Shown: positions 46,645 through 56,794, counted from the first letter of the stretch. The stretch: 64,000 nt of DNA from Thermofilaceae archaeon (GCA_038727095.1 JAVYWK010000008.1:8136-72135); one strand, 5' to 3'. Translations and numbers: made by a program. Notes: a model not told the origin generated them from the sequence alone.

Positions 46645-49600
46645 CTACAGCGGCTCGACGCTCAACGGACCCCCGCTCGTGTAGTACTCGATGGCCTCGA
46701 GCAGATGAACAGCCAGTCTGCGGTTAAGCACGAGCGGTACCATGTAGTCGGCTGCAGCCCTCCTGACAGAGTAGTCCTTACCATCGCCGCCGCAAACGAT
46801 GACAGCCTTTATCACCCCCCTCCTTACTAGCTCATTGACCCTTCCGTCCAGCGCAGCGGGCTCCACTACCAGCGGCTTAAACCCCAGCCTTTCCAGCCTC
46901 TCCGCGAGGTCGACTCCATCCCCCACGATTAGGACTGTTGAGCCAGGCTCGGGGAGGGTGTTGGGCTGCGCAGCCAGCCAGGACTTCAGCAGCGCCTCCT
47001 GCAAGCTCGAGCCCACGGCTGCCACCTCCCCCGTTGACCGCATCTCAACGTCGAGCACTGGGTAACCGCCCCTCAGCCTCGACCAGGAGAACTGCGGCGT
47101 CTTCACCCCCCAGCGGAACGCGGGGGGCTCGTACACCTCACCAGGGATATCGAGCACCCTCCCCAGGACCACGTCCGCGACGTAATCCATCAGGTTGACA
47201 CCTTTCACCTTCGAGACGAAGGGCATCGTCCGCGAGGCCCGCAGGTTGCACTCGATCACGTAGACGTCGCTGCCCTTAACGACGAACTGTATGTTGACCG
47301 GCCCTCGAGCTTTGAGGGCCCTGCAGATCTCGAGAGTGTACCTCCTCACCCTATCGAGGACGTCCTGGCTCAGCGAGAATGGCGGAATGACGAGGGTTGC
47401 ATCACCCGAGTGTACGCCCGCCTCCTCGATGTGCTCGATCACTGCGCCGATCAAGACGCGCTTGCCGTCGGAGACGCAATCCACCTCAACCTCCCTCGCC
47501 CCCTCGATGAACTTGCTGACGACGAACTTGCCCACCCCACCCCTCCTCGCGACGTCGTTCAGGTAGCTCAAGAGCTCCCCCTCGCTCCGCACAACCCGCA
47601 TGGCCGTGCCTGAGAGGACGAAGGAGGGCCTCACGATGACCGGGTAGCCGACTCGCCTGCAGAAGGAGATGACCTCTTCGGGGCTCCTCAGCTCAGCCCA
47701 AGGCGGCTGAGAGATGCCCAGCTCATCCAGCAGCCTGCTGAATTTCTGCCTGTCCTCCGCCCTCTCAACCGCCTCACCGCTGGGACCGAGAATTCTAACG
47801 CCGCACACCTCGAGGAGGGGAGCGAGGTTGTTGGCGATCTGCCCGCCCACGCACGCGATAACTCCCATCGGGTCCTCATACTCGTAGATGTCGAGCACCC
47901 TCTCGAGCGTGAGCTCCTCGAAGTAGAGCCTGTCCGGCACGTCCCAGTCCGTCGAGACAGTCTCGGGGTTGTAGTTCACGACGATGGTCTCCACGCCCCT
48001 CTTCTGAAGGGCCCAAACGAGCTGCACGACGCTCCAGTCGAACTCGACCGATACGCCGATGCGGAAGACCCCCGCGCCGATTACGACGACCGCTCTGCGG
48101 CCTGCGGGCTCCACGTCGTGCGCATCGCCACCGTACGTCACGTACAGGTACTTCGTCCTGGCCGGCCACTCGGCCGCGAGCGTATCGATCTGCTTCACAG
48201 CCGGTAGAATGCCGTGCCTCTTTCTGAACGCACGCACCCCCCTCTCATCAACCCCAAGACACGCGGCGATCTGAGCGTCTGAGAAGCCGAGCCTCTTCGC
48301 CTCCCTGATCAGCTCCACCGCCCTCTCGGTGTCGCTGAGGCCTCCGAGCCTGCACAGCTCTTTCTCCAGGTCGACGATCCTCTTCATCTTGTATATGTAC
48401 CACGGATCGATACCGGTCAAGCGGGAAATCTCCTCCACCTGTAGACCAGCCTTGAGGGCTTCAGCGATGAGGAAGACCCTGTAGGGTTTCTGCTCAGCCA
48501 GCTCCCTCCTCAACTCCTCAGCGGGCCTCGGCTCCCGATCCCACGGGTTCGCGACGAGACCCCTCGCGCCGATGTCGAGCATCCTTAGAGCCTTCTGGAG
48601 GGCCTCCTCGAAGCACCTGCCGATCGCCATGACCTCACCGATGCTCCGCATCTCGGTCCCGATGCCCGGCTTCACCCCCGGGAACTTCTCGAAATCCCAG
48701 CGAGGCACCTTAACAACGACGTAGTCGAGCGCCGGCTCGAAGTGCGCCGTCGTTACCCCGGTCACGCTGTTCATCAACTCGGGGAGCCTGTAGCCGAGAG
48801 CGAGCTTAGCAGCTATGTACGCCAGCGGGTACCCTGTGGCCTTACTAGCTAACGCGCTGCTCCTCGACATCCTCGGGTTGGTCTCGATAACGTAGAACTC
48901 CTCCGACCTGGGATCGAGCGCGAACTGGACGTTGCACTCCCCAACCACGCCGATCGCCCTGGCGACCGCCAGTGAAGCATCCCTCAGCGCCTGGTACTCG
49001 CGGTTCGTTAGCGTCTGGGAAGGCGCGACAACGATCGAGTCGCCCGTGTGAACGCCCATCGGGTCGACGTTCTCGAGGCACGCCACAGCGACCGCGTTGT
49101 CGGCGGAGTCCCTCACCACCTCAAACTCGACCTCCTTCCACTTGTCCAGGTACTTCTCCACGAGCACCTGCTTAACAGGCGACTGGGCGAAGGCCTTCGC
49201 GATCCCCTCGCTCAGCTGCTCCTTGCTCCAAGCCACGAAGGAGCCCGCCCCTCCGAGGTTGAACGCGACTCGAACCATCACCGGGTAGCCGACCTCTTCA
49301 GCCGCCTCGATAGCCTCGCTCGGCGAGTAAGCGGCCCTCGCGGGTGGGACGGGTATCCCATGCTCCACCATCGTCTTCCTGAAGAGGTTCCGATCCGAAG
49401 CCCTCACTATGCTTTCCACGGGTGTGCCCAGATCCTTCACGCCGTACCTGTCCAGAACCCCCCTCCTCGCCAGCTCAACCCCGCAGTTCAGCGCTGCTTG
49501 GCCGCCGAAACCGAGCAGTATGCCATCTGGCCTCTCCCTCTCGATCACCCTCTCGACGAAATCCGGCTGAACGGGCAGCAGGTAGACCTTGTCGGCCAAC

Positions 49601-49767
49601 TCCTTCGACGTCTGTATCGTCGCAACGTTCGGGTTGACGACAACAACTTCGATCCCCTCCTCCTTCAAAGCCTTGATCGCTTGGGACCCGCTGTAGTCGA
49701 ACTCCGCAGCCTCAGCGATCTTTATGGCCCCTGATCCCAGCAGCAGAACCTTCCTGACGCCGCCCAT
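46645..49767 (-). CDS. carB: Carbamoyl-phosphate synthase large subunit
   Basis: GSGAIKIAEAAEFDYSG, GVHTGDS, NPRMSRSSALASKATG, NYNPETVSTD, GVHSGDA; start set at ATG 49767. Confidence 0.97.
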   Translation of the reverse strand: MGGVRKVLLLGSGAIKIAEAAEFDYSGSQAIKALKEEGIEVVVVNPNVATIQTSKELADKVYLLPVQPDFVERVIERERPDGILLGFGGQAALNCGVELARRGVLDRYGVKDLGTPVESIVRASDRNLFRKTMVEHGIPVPPARAAYSPSEAIEAAEEVGYPVMVRVAFNLGGAGSFVAWSKEQLSEGIAKAFAQSPVKQVLVEKYLDKWKEVEFEVVRDSADNAVAVACLENVDPMGVHTGDSIVVAPSQTLTNREYQALRDASLAVARAIGVVGECNVQFALDPRSEEFYVIETNPRMSRSSALASKATGYPLAYIAAKLALGYRLPELMNSVTGVTTAHFEPALDYVVVKVPRWDFEKFPGVKPGIGTEMRSIGEVMAIGRCFEEALQKALRMLDIGARGLVANPWDREPRPAEELRRELAEQKPYRVFLIAEALKAGLQVEEISRLTGIDPWYIYKMKRIVDLEKELCRLGGLSDTERAVELIREAKRLGFSDAQIAACLGVDERGVRAFRKRHGILPAVKQIDTLAAEWPARTKYLYVTYGGDAHDVEPAGRRAVVVIGAGVFRIGVSVEFDWSVVQLVWALQKRGVETIVVNYNPETVSTDWDVPDRLYFEELTLERVLDIYEYEDPMGVIACVGGQIANNLAPLLEVCGVRILGPSGEAVERAEDRQKFSRLLDELGISQPPWAELRSPEEVISFCRRVGYPVIVRPSFVLSGTAMRVVRSEGELLSYLNDVARRGGVGKFVVSKFIEGAREVEVDCVSDGKRVLIGAVIEHIEEAGVHSGDATLVIPPFSLSQDVLDRVRRYTLEICRALKARGPVNIQFVVKGSDVYVIECNLRASRTMPFVSKVKGVNLMDYVADVVLGRVLDIPGEVYEPPAFRWGVKTPQFSWSRLRGGYPVLDVEMRSTGEVAAVGSSLQEALLKSWLAAQPNTLPEPGSTVLIVGDGVDLAERLERLGFKPLVVEPAALDGRVNELVRRGVIKAVIVCGGDGKDYSVRRAAADYMVPLVLNRRLAVHLLEAIEYYTSGGPLSVEPL

Positions 49768-49904
49768 AGAAGAGCGGGAAGCAGCTGTGCGGTGTAAACC
49801 CGCGCTCGAGAGAGCGCTTTCCCTTAGGGCTCGAGGCAAGACCCTGACCCGGGCTGGCTCTGACAGCCTAGAAAAAGCTTTTGGTTATTTTAAGCGTGGA
49901 AAGC

Positions 49905-50729
49905 TCAGATTATGAAGCGCTCGAGGAACTTTCGCGCCAGGATCAAGCCCTCCTCGTAGCCGAAGTAGGGGTCCTCGTGCTCGATGCTGATCGCGTAGTC
50001 GTACTTGTGCTTCTTCAGGACGGAGAAGAAACCCGTCCAGTCGAGCTGGCCGAAGCCGGGGAGACGGTGGGGGCACCACCCCCCTACAGTGACTCCGAGC
50101 TCTTTCACGCGCTCCCAGAGAACCATAGCGTCCTTCGCGTGCACGTGGAAGATCCTGCCGCCGAACTCGTCTGCCGCCCTCACGGGGTCGATGAGCTGGC
50201 AGATCAAGTGGCTGGGGTCGAACTCGAGGCCCAGATTCGGCGATCCCAGCTCCTCGAAGACGGCTCGCCAGATGTCGGGCCGGTACATGATGTTGGCGGG
50301 GCAGTTCTCGATCGCCACTTTGACCCCACAGTCCTCAGCCTTCCTCAAGATCGGGGGCCAGGCCTTCTTGATCTCCTCTATGTTTCTATCCACGTCGCCC
50401 GGGTGCTTGCCCAGCCAGCCCGTAACCACGGATTTCTCCAGCTTGTAGCTCGCCTCGATGAGCTTCAGGAAGTGCTCGGAGTGAAGCTTCCGCGTCGAGG
50501 GGTCCGGGTCGATCGGGTTCCCGTAGAAGCCCAGCGCGCTGATCACAACTCCCGTCTCAGCCTCGAGCTCCCTGATCGCTCGGGGGTTCCTGATCACCTC
50601 ATCGACGTCCAAGAACTTGGAGCCGGGCGGCGCGGCCACGCTGATCGAGTGAAAGCCGTGCTTCTTCGCCCACTCCAAGGTTTTCTTCAAGTCGCCCAAC
50701 TGCCCACCTGTGAAGAAGCCCAGCAGCAT
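49905..50729 (-). CDS. Sugar phosphate isomerase/epimerase (xylose isomerase-like TIM barrel)
   Basis: IENCP, FDPSH, HVHAKD, SIEHED. Confidence 0.85.
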   Translation of the reverse strand: MLLGFFTGGQLGDLKKTLEWAKKHGFHSISVAAPPGSKFLDVDEVIRNPRAIRELEAETGVVISALGFYGNPIDPDPSTRKLHSEHFLKLIEASYKLEKSVVTGWLGKHPGDVDRNIEEIKKAWPPILRKAEDCGVKVAIENCPANIMYRPDIWRAVFEELGSPNLGLEFDPSHLICQLIDPVRAADEFGGRIFHVHAKDAMVLWERVKELGVTVGGWCPHRLPGFGQLDWTGFFSVLKKHKYDYAISIEHEDPYFGYEEGLILARKFLERFII

Positions 50730-50814
50730 GTCCCTCCGCTCTGTGCGGGGGGTTAACGGTAAAAATGGTTTGTGGAGACCATAAATCTTCTAAGCCTTCA
50801 GGGGAAGGGTTTGC

Positions 50815-51264
50815 GTGGCTAAAGTCGTTGTTGGTTCGGATGACGTGTACCCCCTGGCTAGGTTCGTAGTGGAGCTTTTGAAAGCACGCGGCTTCGAAGT
50901 GGTGACGGTTGGCGCGCTAAGGGAGGGGAAGCTCGTCCCGTGGCCCGACGTTGGTTTCGAAGTGGGGGAGGCGGTGGCGAGGGGCGAGGCGGCTTTCGGC
51001 GTTGTCGTATGCTACACCGGCACGGGGGTTTCGATTGCTGCTAACAAGGTGAAAGGCGTTAGAGCGGCCCTCTGCTTCGACGCTCAGACTGCGAGGGGCG
51101 CGAGGCTGTGGAACGACGCCAACGTCCTAGCGCTGAGCGCCCGTTTAACAAGTGAGGAGGTTGCAAAAGAAATCTTGGAGGCGTGGTTGTCGGTGGAGAA
51201 GCCCGACCCCAGCGAGATCGAAAACATCAGGAGGCTGAGGGAGTACGACGAAAAGCGAGGCTAG
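50815..51264 (+). CDS. rpiB: RpiB/LacA/LacB family sugar-phosphate isomerase
   Basis: GSDD, CYTGTGVSIAANKVKGVRAAL, WNDANVLAL. Confidence 0.88.
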   Translation: MAKVVVGSDDVYPLARFVVELLKARGFEVVTVGALREGKLVPWPDVGFEVGEAVARGEAAFGVVVCYTGTGVSIAANKVKGVRAALCFDAQTARGARLWNDANVLALSARLTSEEVAKEILEAWLSVEKPDPSEIENIRRLREYDEKRG

Positions 51265-52586
51265 CCCCTCTCCAACGTCAGCAGCTGCACGGAGTAGGGC
51301 TCGATAGTGCAGATAGCTCCTCTGCACTCCTGATCCTCCAAATCCCTGCGCGCGTCAATAGCTTGAACCCTCGCGACCCTGTACCCCTCCGCCGCGACTT
51401 CGTACCTGACCTGGGCTGGGCCGTAGTTCACCACCAACAGGCGCAGCGACCCGTCCCGCTTTAAGCCCACCATCGCGTACAGCAGCCCCCTCTCAACAGT
51501 CACAGCAACCCTGACGCTGTCCTCCACGAGCTCCCTGTAGGCCAGCCAGACGTAGTAGGGCTTGCCTAGCCCCCCATCACTGTAGAAGAGCCCGCCCCAC
51601 ATCCAAGCGTCGCCGCGGTAGAGTGTGACGATGTCCACGGGCGCGTCCTCCATGAGGATAAGAGCTGCGGCCTGGAACGCTGCCGCTTGAGAGCTCCTGA
51701 AAATCTCCCAAGGCTCGCCCTCCTGATGAGCGAAGTTCCACTCGGTCAGGACGCTCGGGAGCGCGCCGTAGCCGTGCCTCTCCATCGCGCGTCGCACCGC
51801 TCTGGCCCTCTCCACGACCTCGGCTGGGTTCCTCGTGTAGATGTGCCACGAGACGAAGTCGATGGGGACACCCCTTGTGGAGGTGTAGGCGAGAAACCTG
51901 TCTACGAAGCCAACGTTCCAGGCTATACCCGGCCCGCCTACGACCACGTCCGGGTTCGCCTCCTTGATCGCCCTGGCGACCTTCTCGTAGAGCTCGAAGA
52001 ACTCGGCTTCCGAAAGGTTCCAGAACCAATCTATGTCCGGCTCGTTCCATACTTCGAACCAGATGTTTTTGTAGTTGTAGCCATTGGCCCACCCCTCAGT
52101 GTAGTGAAGCACGATGTGTTTAGCGACCTCCGCGAGCTTATCAACGCTCAAGTGAGGTTTATTCTTTGGCGGATCGTTCCAATCATAGCCGATCCTGAGG
52201 ATGAGGACGTCGGCCAGCTTGAGGGCCGCTTCCACGTGCCGGTCGAGGGCGGTGAAGTTGTAGCTACTGGGGTCTCTGGGGTCCGCATCAGGGTTTGGGA
52301 AGATCGTGTCGAGCTCGTCGACCACCCAAAGGTCGTGAAACCTGATGACCTTCACGCCCAGCTTAGCGTAGTGGAAGCTCAAGTCGAGATTCAAAGCCCG
52401 ATCCCAGCCCCGGGGGCTCCAAGGGCCGCAGTTAACCCCCCTCAGATCCTTGAACCGCCCCAGCATCTGGCCCGGTTGCACTACCACTCTCTCGTTCGGC
52501 CTCTCGGAAAGCAGCTTGAAAGCACCAATAAGAGCAGCGACCCCGATCGCTACTCCGACCACCACCCACCTGGGGGGTCTGGCCAT
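51261..52586 (-). CDS. Membrane-anchored glycoside hydrolase, GH39-like
   Basis: N-terminal TM, IRFHD, FEVWNEPD, DFVSWHIY, LTEWN; start set at ATG 52586. Confidence 0.8.
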   Translation of the reverse strand: MARPPRWVVVGVAIGVAALIGAFKLLSERPNERVVVQPGQMLGRFKDLRGVNCGPWSPRGWDRALNLDLSFHYAKLGVKVIRFHDLWVVDELDTIFPNPDADPRDPSSYNFTALDRHVEAALKLADVLILRIGYDWNDPPKNKPHLSVDKLAEVAKHIVLHYTEGWANGYNYKNIWFEVWNEPDIDWFWNLSEAEFFELYEKVARAIKEANPDVVVGGPGIAWNVGFVDRFLAYTSTRGVPIDFVSWHIYTRNPAEVVERARAVRRAMERHGYGALPSVLTEWNFAHQEGEPWEIFRSSQAAAFQAAALILMEDAPVDIVTLYRGDAWMWGGLFYSDGGLGKPYYVWLAYRELVEDSVRVAVTVERGLLYAMVGLKRDGSLRLLVVNYGPAQVRYEVAAEGYRVARVQAIDARRDLEDQECRGAICTIEPYSVQLLTLERG

Positions 52587-52627
52587 CGAATCCGGATGTA
52601 GCAAGCGATAAAAAGCAATGCGGTACG

Positions 52628-53419
52628 ATGCCTGCCATGCGAATCGTAGTGACGAACGACGACGGTTTGAGGAGCCCAGGGCTCCGGCTGCTGTACGAGG
52701 CCGTGAGAGAGCTGGGGGAGGCGATCATCGTAGCCCCCTTGGAGCAGGCCTCAGCGCGGGGTGGGATGCTGACGCTCGACGAGCCGATCCGCGTTTACGA
52801 GGTGGACCTCGGTTACGCGAAGGCCTTCGGTATCACGGGATCGCCGAGGGACGTTTTACACGTGGCTCGAGAGGTGCTCGGGGGTGCCGACCTCCTCGTC
52901 TCGGGGGTTAACGTGGGTGAGAACACGAGCGTTCAGAACGTGCTCGTTTCGGGCACGGTGGGAGCCGCGTTCGAAGCCGCTCTCTTCGGTATCGCCGGCA
53001 TCGCGTACTCTGCAGACGTTGATAAGCTTGAGGCCTTCCTCGACGCTCGTTACGCGGAGTTCGTAAAGACTGTCTGCGGCAAGATTGCGAGGTACGTTGT
53101 CGAGAGGGGGATGCCGAAGGGGGTGGACGTGCTCAACGTTAACTTGCCGCGAAGGCCCTCGGGGATCGTCAAGGTGGCCCCTCCTGCTAGGCTGCGGTGG
53201 ATCGAGAGACTTGACAAGCGCCTTGACCCGCGCGGCAAGCCCTACTACTGGCTGTACGGGGAGGCTGCGCAGCCGGAGCCGGGGACGGACTCCTACGTTG
53301 TGTTCGTTGAGGGCGGTATTTCCATCACACCTCTGGCCTTGAGCCTCCGCGGTGTTGATTCGTCGCTTCTCGACGAGCTGATCCAAGCTTTGCGAGTCGC
53401 GATAGAAAAAGGCCTATAA
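52628..53419 (+). CDS. surE: 5'/3'-nucleotidase SurE
   Basis: TNDDG..SPG, VSGVNVGEN, SGTVGAA, DPRGKPYYW. Confidence 0.93.
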   Translation: MPAMRIVVTNDDGLRSPGLRLLYEAVRELGEAIIVAPLEQASARGGMLTLDEPIRVYEVDLGYAKAFGITGSPRDVLHVAREVLGGADLLVSGVNVGENTSVQNVLVSGTVGAAFEAALFGIAGIAYSADVDKLEAFLDARYAEFVKTVCGKIARYVVERGMPKGVDVLNVNLPRRPSGIVKVAPPARLRWIERLDKRLDPRGKPYYWLYGEAAQPEPGTDSYVVFVEGGISITPLALSLRGVDSSLLDELIQALRVAIEKGL

Positions 53420-53422
53420 CCC

Positions 53423-54307
53423 ATGCATTGCGATGCGCGCGTGGCTAACGGCGGCAAGCCCACCGCGGATCGAGTCCTCATAGCTTCAGTGGTGGGCAAC
53501 GCCCTCGTGTGCTCCGTCAAGATCGCTGGCGGCTTGTTGTCCGGCAGCACCGCTTTGCTTGCTGACGGCAGCGACTCGATTCTAAACGTCGTGAGCGGCG
53601 CTTTAGCCTACAAATATAGGAGGGAGGCGGAGAAGCCCCCGGACTTCGAGCACCCCTATGGTCATTCGCTCTTGGAGGTTTACGGGTCGCTGCTGATAGT
53701 AGTCGTGATGGTCGCAACGTTCTCGTTTGTCGGCTTCATGGCACTTGACAGGATGATGCACGGTGAACTGGGGCGCGTGGACCCCGTCGGTGTGCTTTTC
53801 GCCGCTGCATCGCTCGTGCTCAACTTCACCGTCTCCACGCTGCTGAGGATATACGGGCGTGGGAGCGTTGTAGCTAGGGCTGAGTCGCGCCACGTGAGCT
53901 TCGACGTGTTCGAGGGCCTCCTGACCCTTACTGGGGTTGCGTTGGGCGCGTACGTTTCCGCCCTGTTCGACGTTGCGGCGACCTTCGCTCTACTGGCATT
54001 GGTGGCCTTCATGGTCTTCCTCACACTGCAGGAGCTGAAGGGCTTCATAACAGCTGAAAGCCCTCCGGCAAACCTTGTAAGTGAGATTGAGCGCGCGCTG
54101 GCCAGCGTGGAGGGGGTGAGGGGGGTGCATCGGCTGCGCGTGAGGCAGGCCGCGGACGCCATCTTCGCCGACGTTCACTTGGAGGTGAAACGTGGGATCA
54201 CTGTTGAGGAGGCGCACCGGATAAGCGATGAGGCTGAGCGGAGGGTGAAGGAGAAGCTGGGGAACGTCGATATCGTAGTCCACATCGAGCCGGAGGGGGA
54301 GGGTTAA
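53423..54307 (+). CDS. Cation diffusion facilitator transporter
   Basis: ALLADGSDS, PPDFEHPYGH, HVSFD, VEEAHRI, VHIEP. Confidence 0.9.
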   Translation: MHCDARVANGGKPTADRVLIASVVGNALVCSVKIAGGLLSGSTALLADGSDSILNVVSGALAYKYRREAEKPPDFEHPYGHSLLEVYGSLLIVVVMVATFSFVGFMALDRMMHGELGRVDPVGVLFAAASLVLNFTVSTLLRIYGRGSVVARAESRHVSFDVFEGLLTLTGVALGAYVSALFDVAATFALLALVAFMVFLTLQELKGFITAESPPANLVSEIERALASVEGVRGVHRLRVRQAADAIFADVHLEVKRGITVEEAHRISDEAERRVKEKLGNVDIVVHIEPEGEG

Positions 54308-54345
54308 CGCGCGCGACGAAAAGTATAAGTTCAGCTTCTCAACGC

Positions 54346-54642
54346 GTGCACGTGGCTTCGCCGAGCATCCCGGACGACGTGAGGCAGTTCATCGAGCTGG
54401 CTCGTAAGCGCGGATACAACGTCAGCAAGGTCGCCATCGCGAAGGTCCCCTTCGAGCGGTACTACTACTTTGAGAATGGCGAGTACGTCGGCGAGATCGG
54501 GGAGGAGGTTGCCCTCGAGTCCAACATCGTCATGGCTCACGACGACATCTGCATCCTCTTCTACAACGATGAACCCGTGCTCGTGATGACGCGGGGAGGG
54601 AGGGGGAATCGGGAGAGCATAGGGGTGGCGAAACCGCAATAA
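54346..54642 (+). CDS. Hypothetical protein
   Basis: 98-aa ORF after TATA-like AAAAGTATAA. Confidence 0.65.
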   Translation: MHVASPSIPDDVRQFIELARKRGYNVSKVAIAKVPFERYYYFENGEYVGEIGEEVALESNIVMAHDDICILFYNDEPVLVMTRGGRGNRESIGVAKPQ

Positions 54643-54664
54643 GAGGGGCGGGAGTGGTTGCGGA

Positions 54665-56089
54665 GTGCCCGACAGACTGATCGCTGTACTCGACGTCGGG
54701 AAGACGAATAAGAAGTTCACCGTTTACACAGAGCAGCTTCAACCTCTCTTCTCCACTTCCACGCGGATCGGGGAAATAAGCGTGGAGGGCATCCTCTGCG
54801 ACGACGCTGAGGCAATCGTCAGGTGGGCTCGAGCGGCTCTCGCCGAGTGGGCGGGGAGGGTGTCCGCCATCGCTGTCACGACGCACGGGGCTACGCTGGC
54901 CCTCCTCGACGAGCGGGGAGAACTGGCGATGCCTGTCGTGTCCTACAACCATGAAGTGGGAGAGGAGGTCAAGTCGGAGTTCTACGCCCACTTCGGCAGC
55001 CCCGAGGAGCTCTACGCCCGAACTGGGACACCCCCGCTCGGCCAACTCCTGAACGCGGGCGTCCAGCTCTTCTGGATTTCAACGAGATTCCCCGACAGGT
55101 ACCGCAGAGCTAGAAGGCTGCTCTTCCTGCCCCAGTACATCGTTCACGCCCTCTCCAATCTCGAAGCTGCCGAGCTCACATCGATCGGGTGCCACACGTA
55201 CCTTTGGGACCTAGTGGACAGCAGGTGGAGCAGCGTAGCCGAAGGCTTGAACGCCCACAGCCTCTCACCGGGGATCAGGAGCGTGTGGGAGCCCCTTGGC
55301 CGGCTGAGGGGAGCAGTGGTGACTCCAGGCATCCATGACTCGAACGCCGCGCTTCTGCCGTACCTGGCTGTCGAACGGGAGGAGTTCGTGCTCGCCTCCA
55401 CCGGCACGTGGTGCGTCCTGATGTACCCCGGCGCGCCCTTTGCCCCCGAGCCTGTCGACATGAGCCGGGATATCCTCTACTACGTTGACGCCTACGGGAG
55501 GCCGGTCAAGGCGGCCCGCTTCAAGATCGGGTTTGAGTTCGACTACTACGTTGAAGACATCAGGCGGCGCTTCGGAGTCGAGCCCCTCAAGATCGCGCTA
55601 GATGAGAGCCTGGCGGTGGAGGTTCTGAAGGAGGCGCGCGCGTTTTACGTTCCCACCCTGACCCCGGGTACAGGCCAGTTCCCGCGATCCAAGGGGCGCC
55701 TCGTCGGCGACCCGGGTGACGCTGTGCGGGCGTACTACTACCTCAACCTCTCCATCGCGGTTCAGACTTGGTACGCGCTTAACCTGCTGACGGGCGGCAA
55801 GGGTGTTAGGGTCTACGTGCAGGGGGGTTTCGCGCGGAACGATGTCTACCTTTCCTACCTGTCAACGCTGCTCCGCGACTGTGAAATCGTGAGGGCGGAG
55901 AACCCGGAGGCCACGAGCCTGGGCGCGGCGGTGACGGCGCTGTGCGCGCTGGAGGGTGTTGAACCGAGGGGGTTGAGCGTTGAACCTCCCGGGCTGCGCG
56001 GCTCGAGAGTCAAGCCCCTCGAGGTCGAGGACAGCTACGTTGAGCGCTACGTTGAGGATTTCCTCCGTTACTGCACTGAGCAGTTTTAA
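54665..56089 (+). CDS. FGGY-family carbohydrate kinase
   Basis: LDVGKTNKK, TTHGA, GCHTYLWD, GIHDSNAA, STGTW, GGFARN. Confidence 0.85.
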   Translation: MPDRLIAVLDVGKTNKKFTVYTEQLQPLFSTSTRIGEISVEGILCDDAEAIVRWARAALAEWAGRVSAIAVTTHGATLALLDERGELAMPVVSYNHEVGEEVKSEFYAHFGSPEELYARTGTPPLGQLLNAGVQLFWISTRFPDRYRRARRLLFLPQYIVHALSNLEAAELTSIGCHTYLWDLVDSRWSSVAEGLNAHSLSPGIRSVWEPLGRLRGAVVTPGIHDSNAALLPYLAVEREEFVLASTGTWCVLMYPGAPFAPEPVDMSRDILYYVDAYGRPVKAARFKIGFEFDYYVEDIRRRFGVEPLKIALDESLAVEVLKEARAFYVPTLTPGTGQFPRSKGRLVGDPGDAVRAYYYLNLSIAVQTWYALNLLTGGKGVRVYVQGGFARNDVYLSYLSTLLRDCEIVRAENPEATSLGAAVTALCALEGVEPRGLSVEPPGLRGSRVKPLEVEDSYVERYVEDFLRYCTEQF

Positions 56090-56113
56090 GGCTGTGCGGG
56101 CATCTAGCTTGAG

Positions 56114-56794
56114 ATGAGGGTTTGCGTGCTGTACTCCGGGGGGAAGGACTCGAACCTCGCCCTCCTAGAAGCTAGTGAGCGCCACGAGGTGGTGTGCCTT
56201 GTCACTCTGGTGCCTAGCTCGCTGGAGAGCTGGCTCTTCCACTACCCTAACGTGAACCTCGTCCCGCTGCAGGCGGAAGCGCTGGGCCTTCCGCTGATGC
56301 TCCGCAGATGCCCTGATGATGAGGCGGGGAGCCTGGTCGCGCTTGAGAGGGCGCTGGGGGAGGCGGTTGAGTTCTACGGGGTGGAGGGGGTTGTGACGGG
56401 CGCCGTAAAGTCGAGGTACCAGGCTGAAAGGTTCGCCGCCGTCTGTCGAAGGTTGGGGCTGGAGTGCATCAACCCGCTCTGGGGCAGGAGCGAGGTGGAG
56501 CTCCTACGCGAGGTTTTGAGGCGCCGCATCGAGGCGATCTTCACACGCGTGGCGGGTTACCCGCTCAGCGCGTCCCTACTCGGCAGGAAAATCGATGAGA
56601 GAGTAGTGGAGTGGTTGAGCGGGCTCGCACACATCGTAAACCCCTCGGGTGAGGGGGGCGAGTACGAGACGTTCGTCCTCGACATGCCCCTCTTCAACTG
56701 GAGGATAGAAACGGTGAAGTGGAGAGTGGAAGGCACGGATTACGACGCAGTTCTAATCATTGAGAGCGCCGAGCTGCGAGCTCGTCGAAGCTAG
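56114..56794 (+). CDS. Diphthine--ammonia ligase (PP-loop ATPase)
   Basis: SGGKDS, NPLWG, GEGGEYETFVLD. Confidence 0.88.
   Translation: MRVCVLYSGGKDSNLALLEASERHEVVCLVTLVPSSLESWLFHYPNVNLVPLQAEALGLPLMLRRCPDDEAGSLVALERALGEAVEFYGVEGVVTGAVKSRYQAERFAAVCRRLGLECINPLWGRSEVELLREVLRRRIEAIFTRVAGYPLSASLLGRKIDERVVEWLSGLAHIVNPSGEGGEYETFVLDMPLFNWRIETVKWRVEGTDYDAVLIIESAELRARRS

Noticed and set aside
49771-49800. SRP RNA (GGAAGCAGC) or RNase P RNA (TAAACCC, GCAAG) fragments
   Set aside because: Region is too short and lacks the partner conserved elements (CAGG strand; GAGGAAAGUCC and 3' P4 strand)
49881-52601. Long antisense ORFs (49881-50756 +, 51687-52601 +; also 45592-46353 +, 13416-14120 +)
   Set aside because: Expected opposite GC-rich genes; no protein-like motifs
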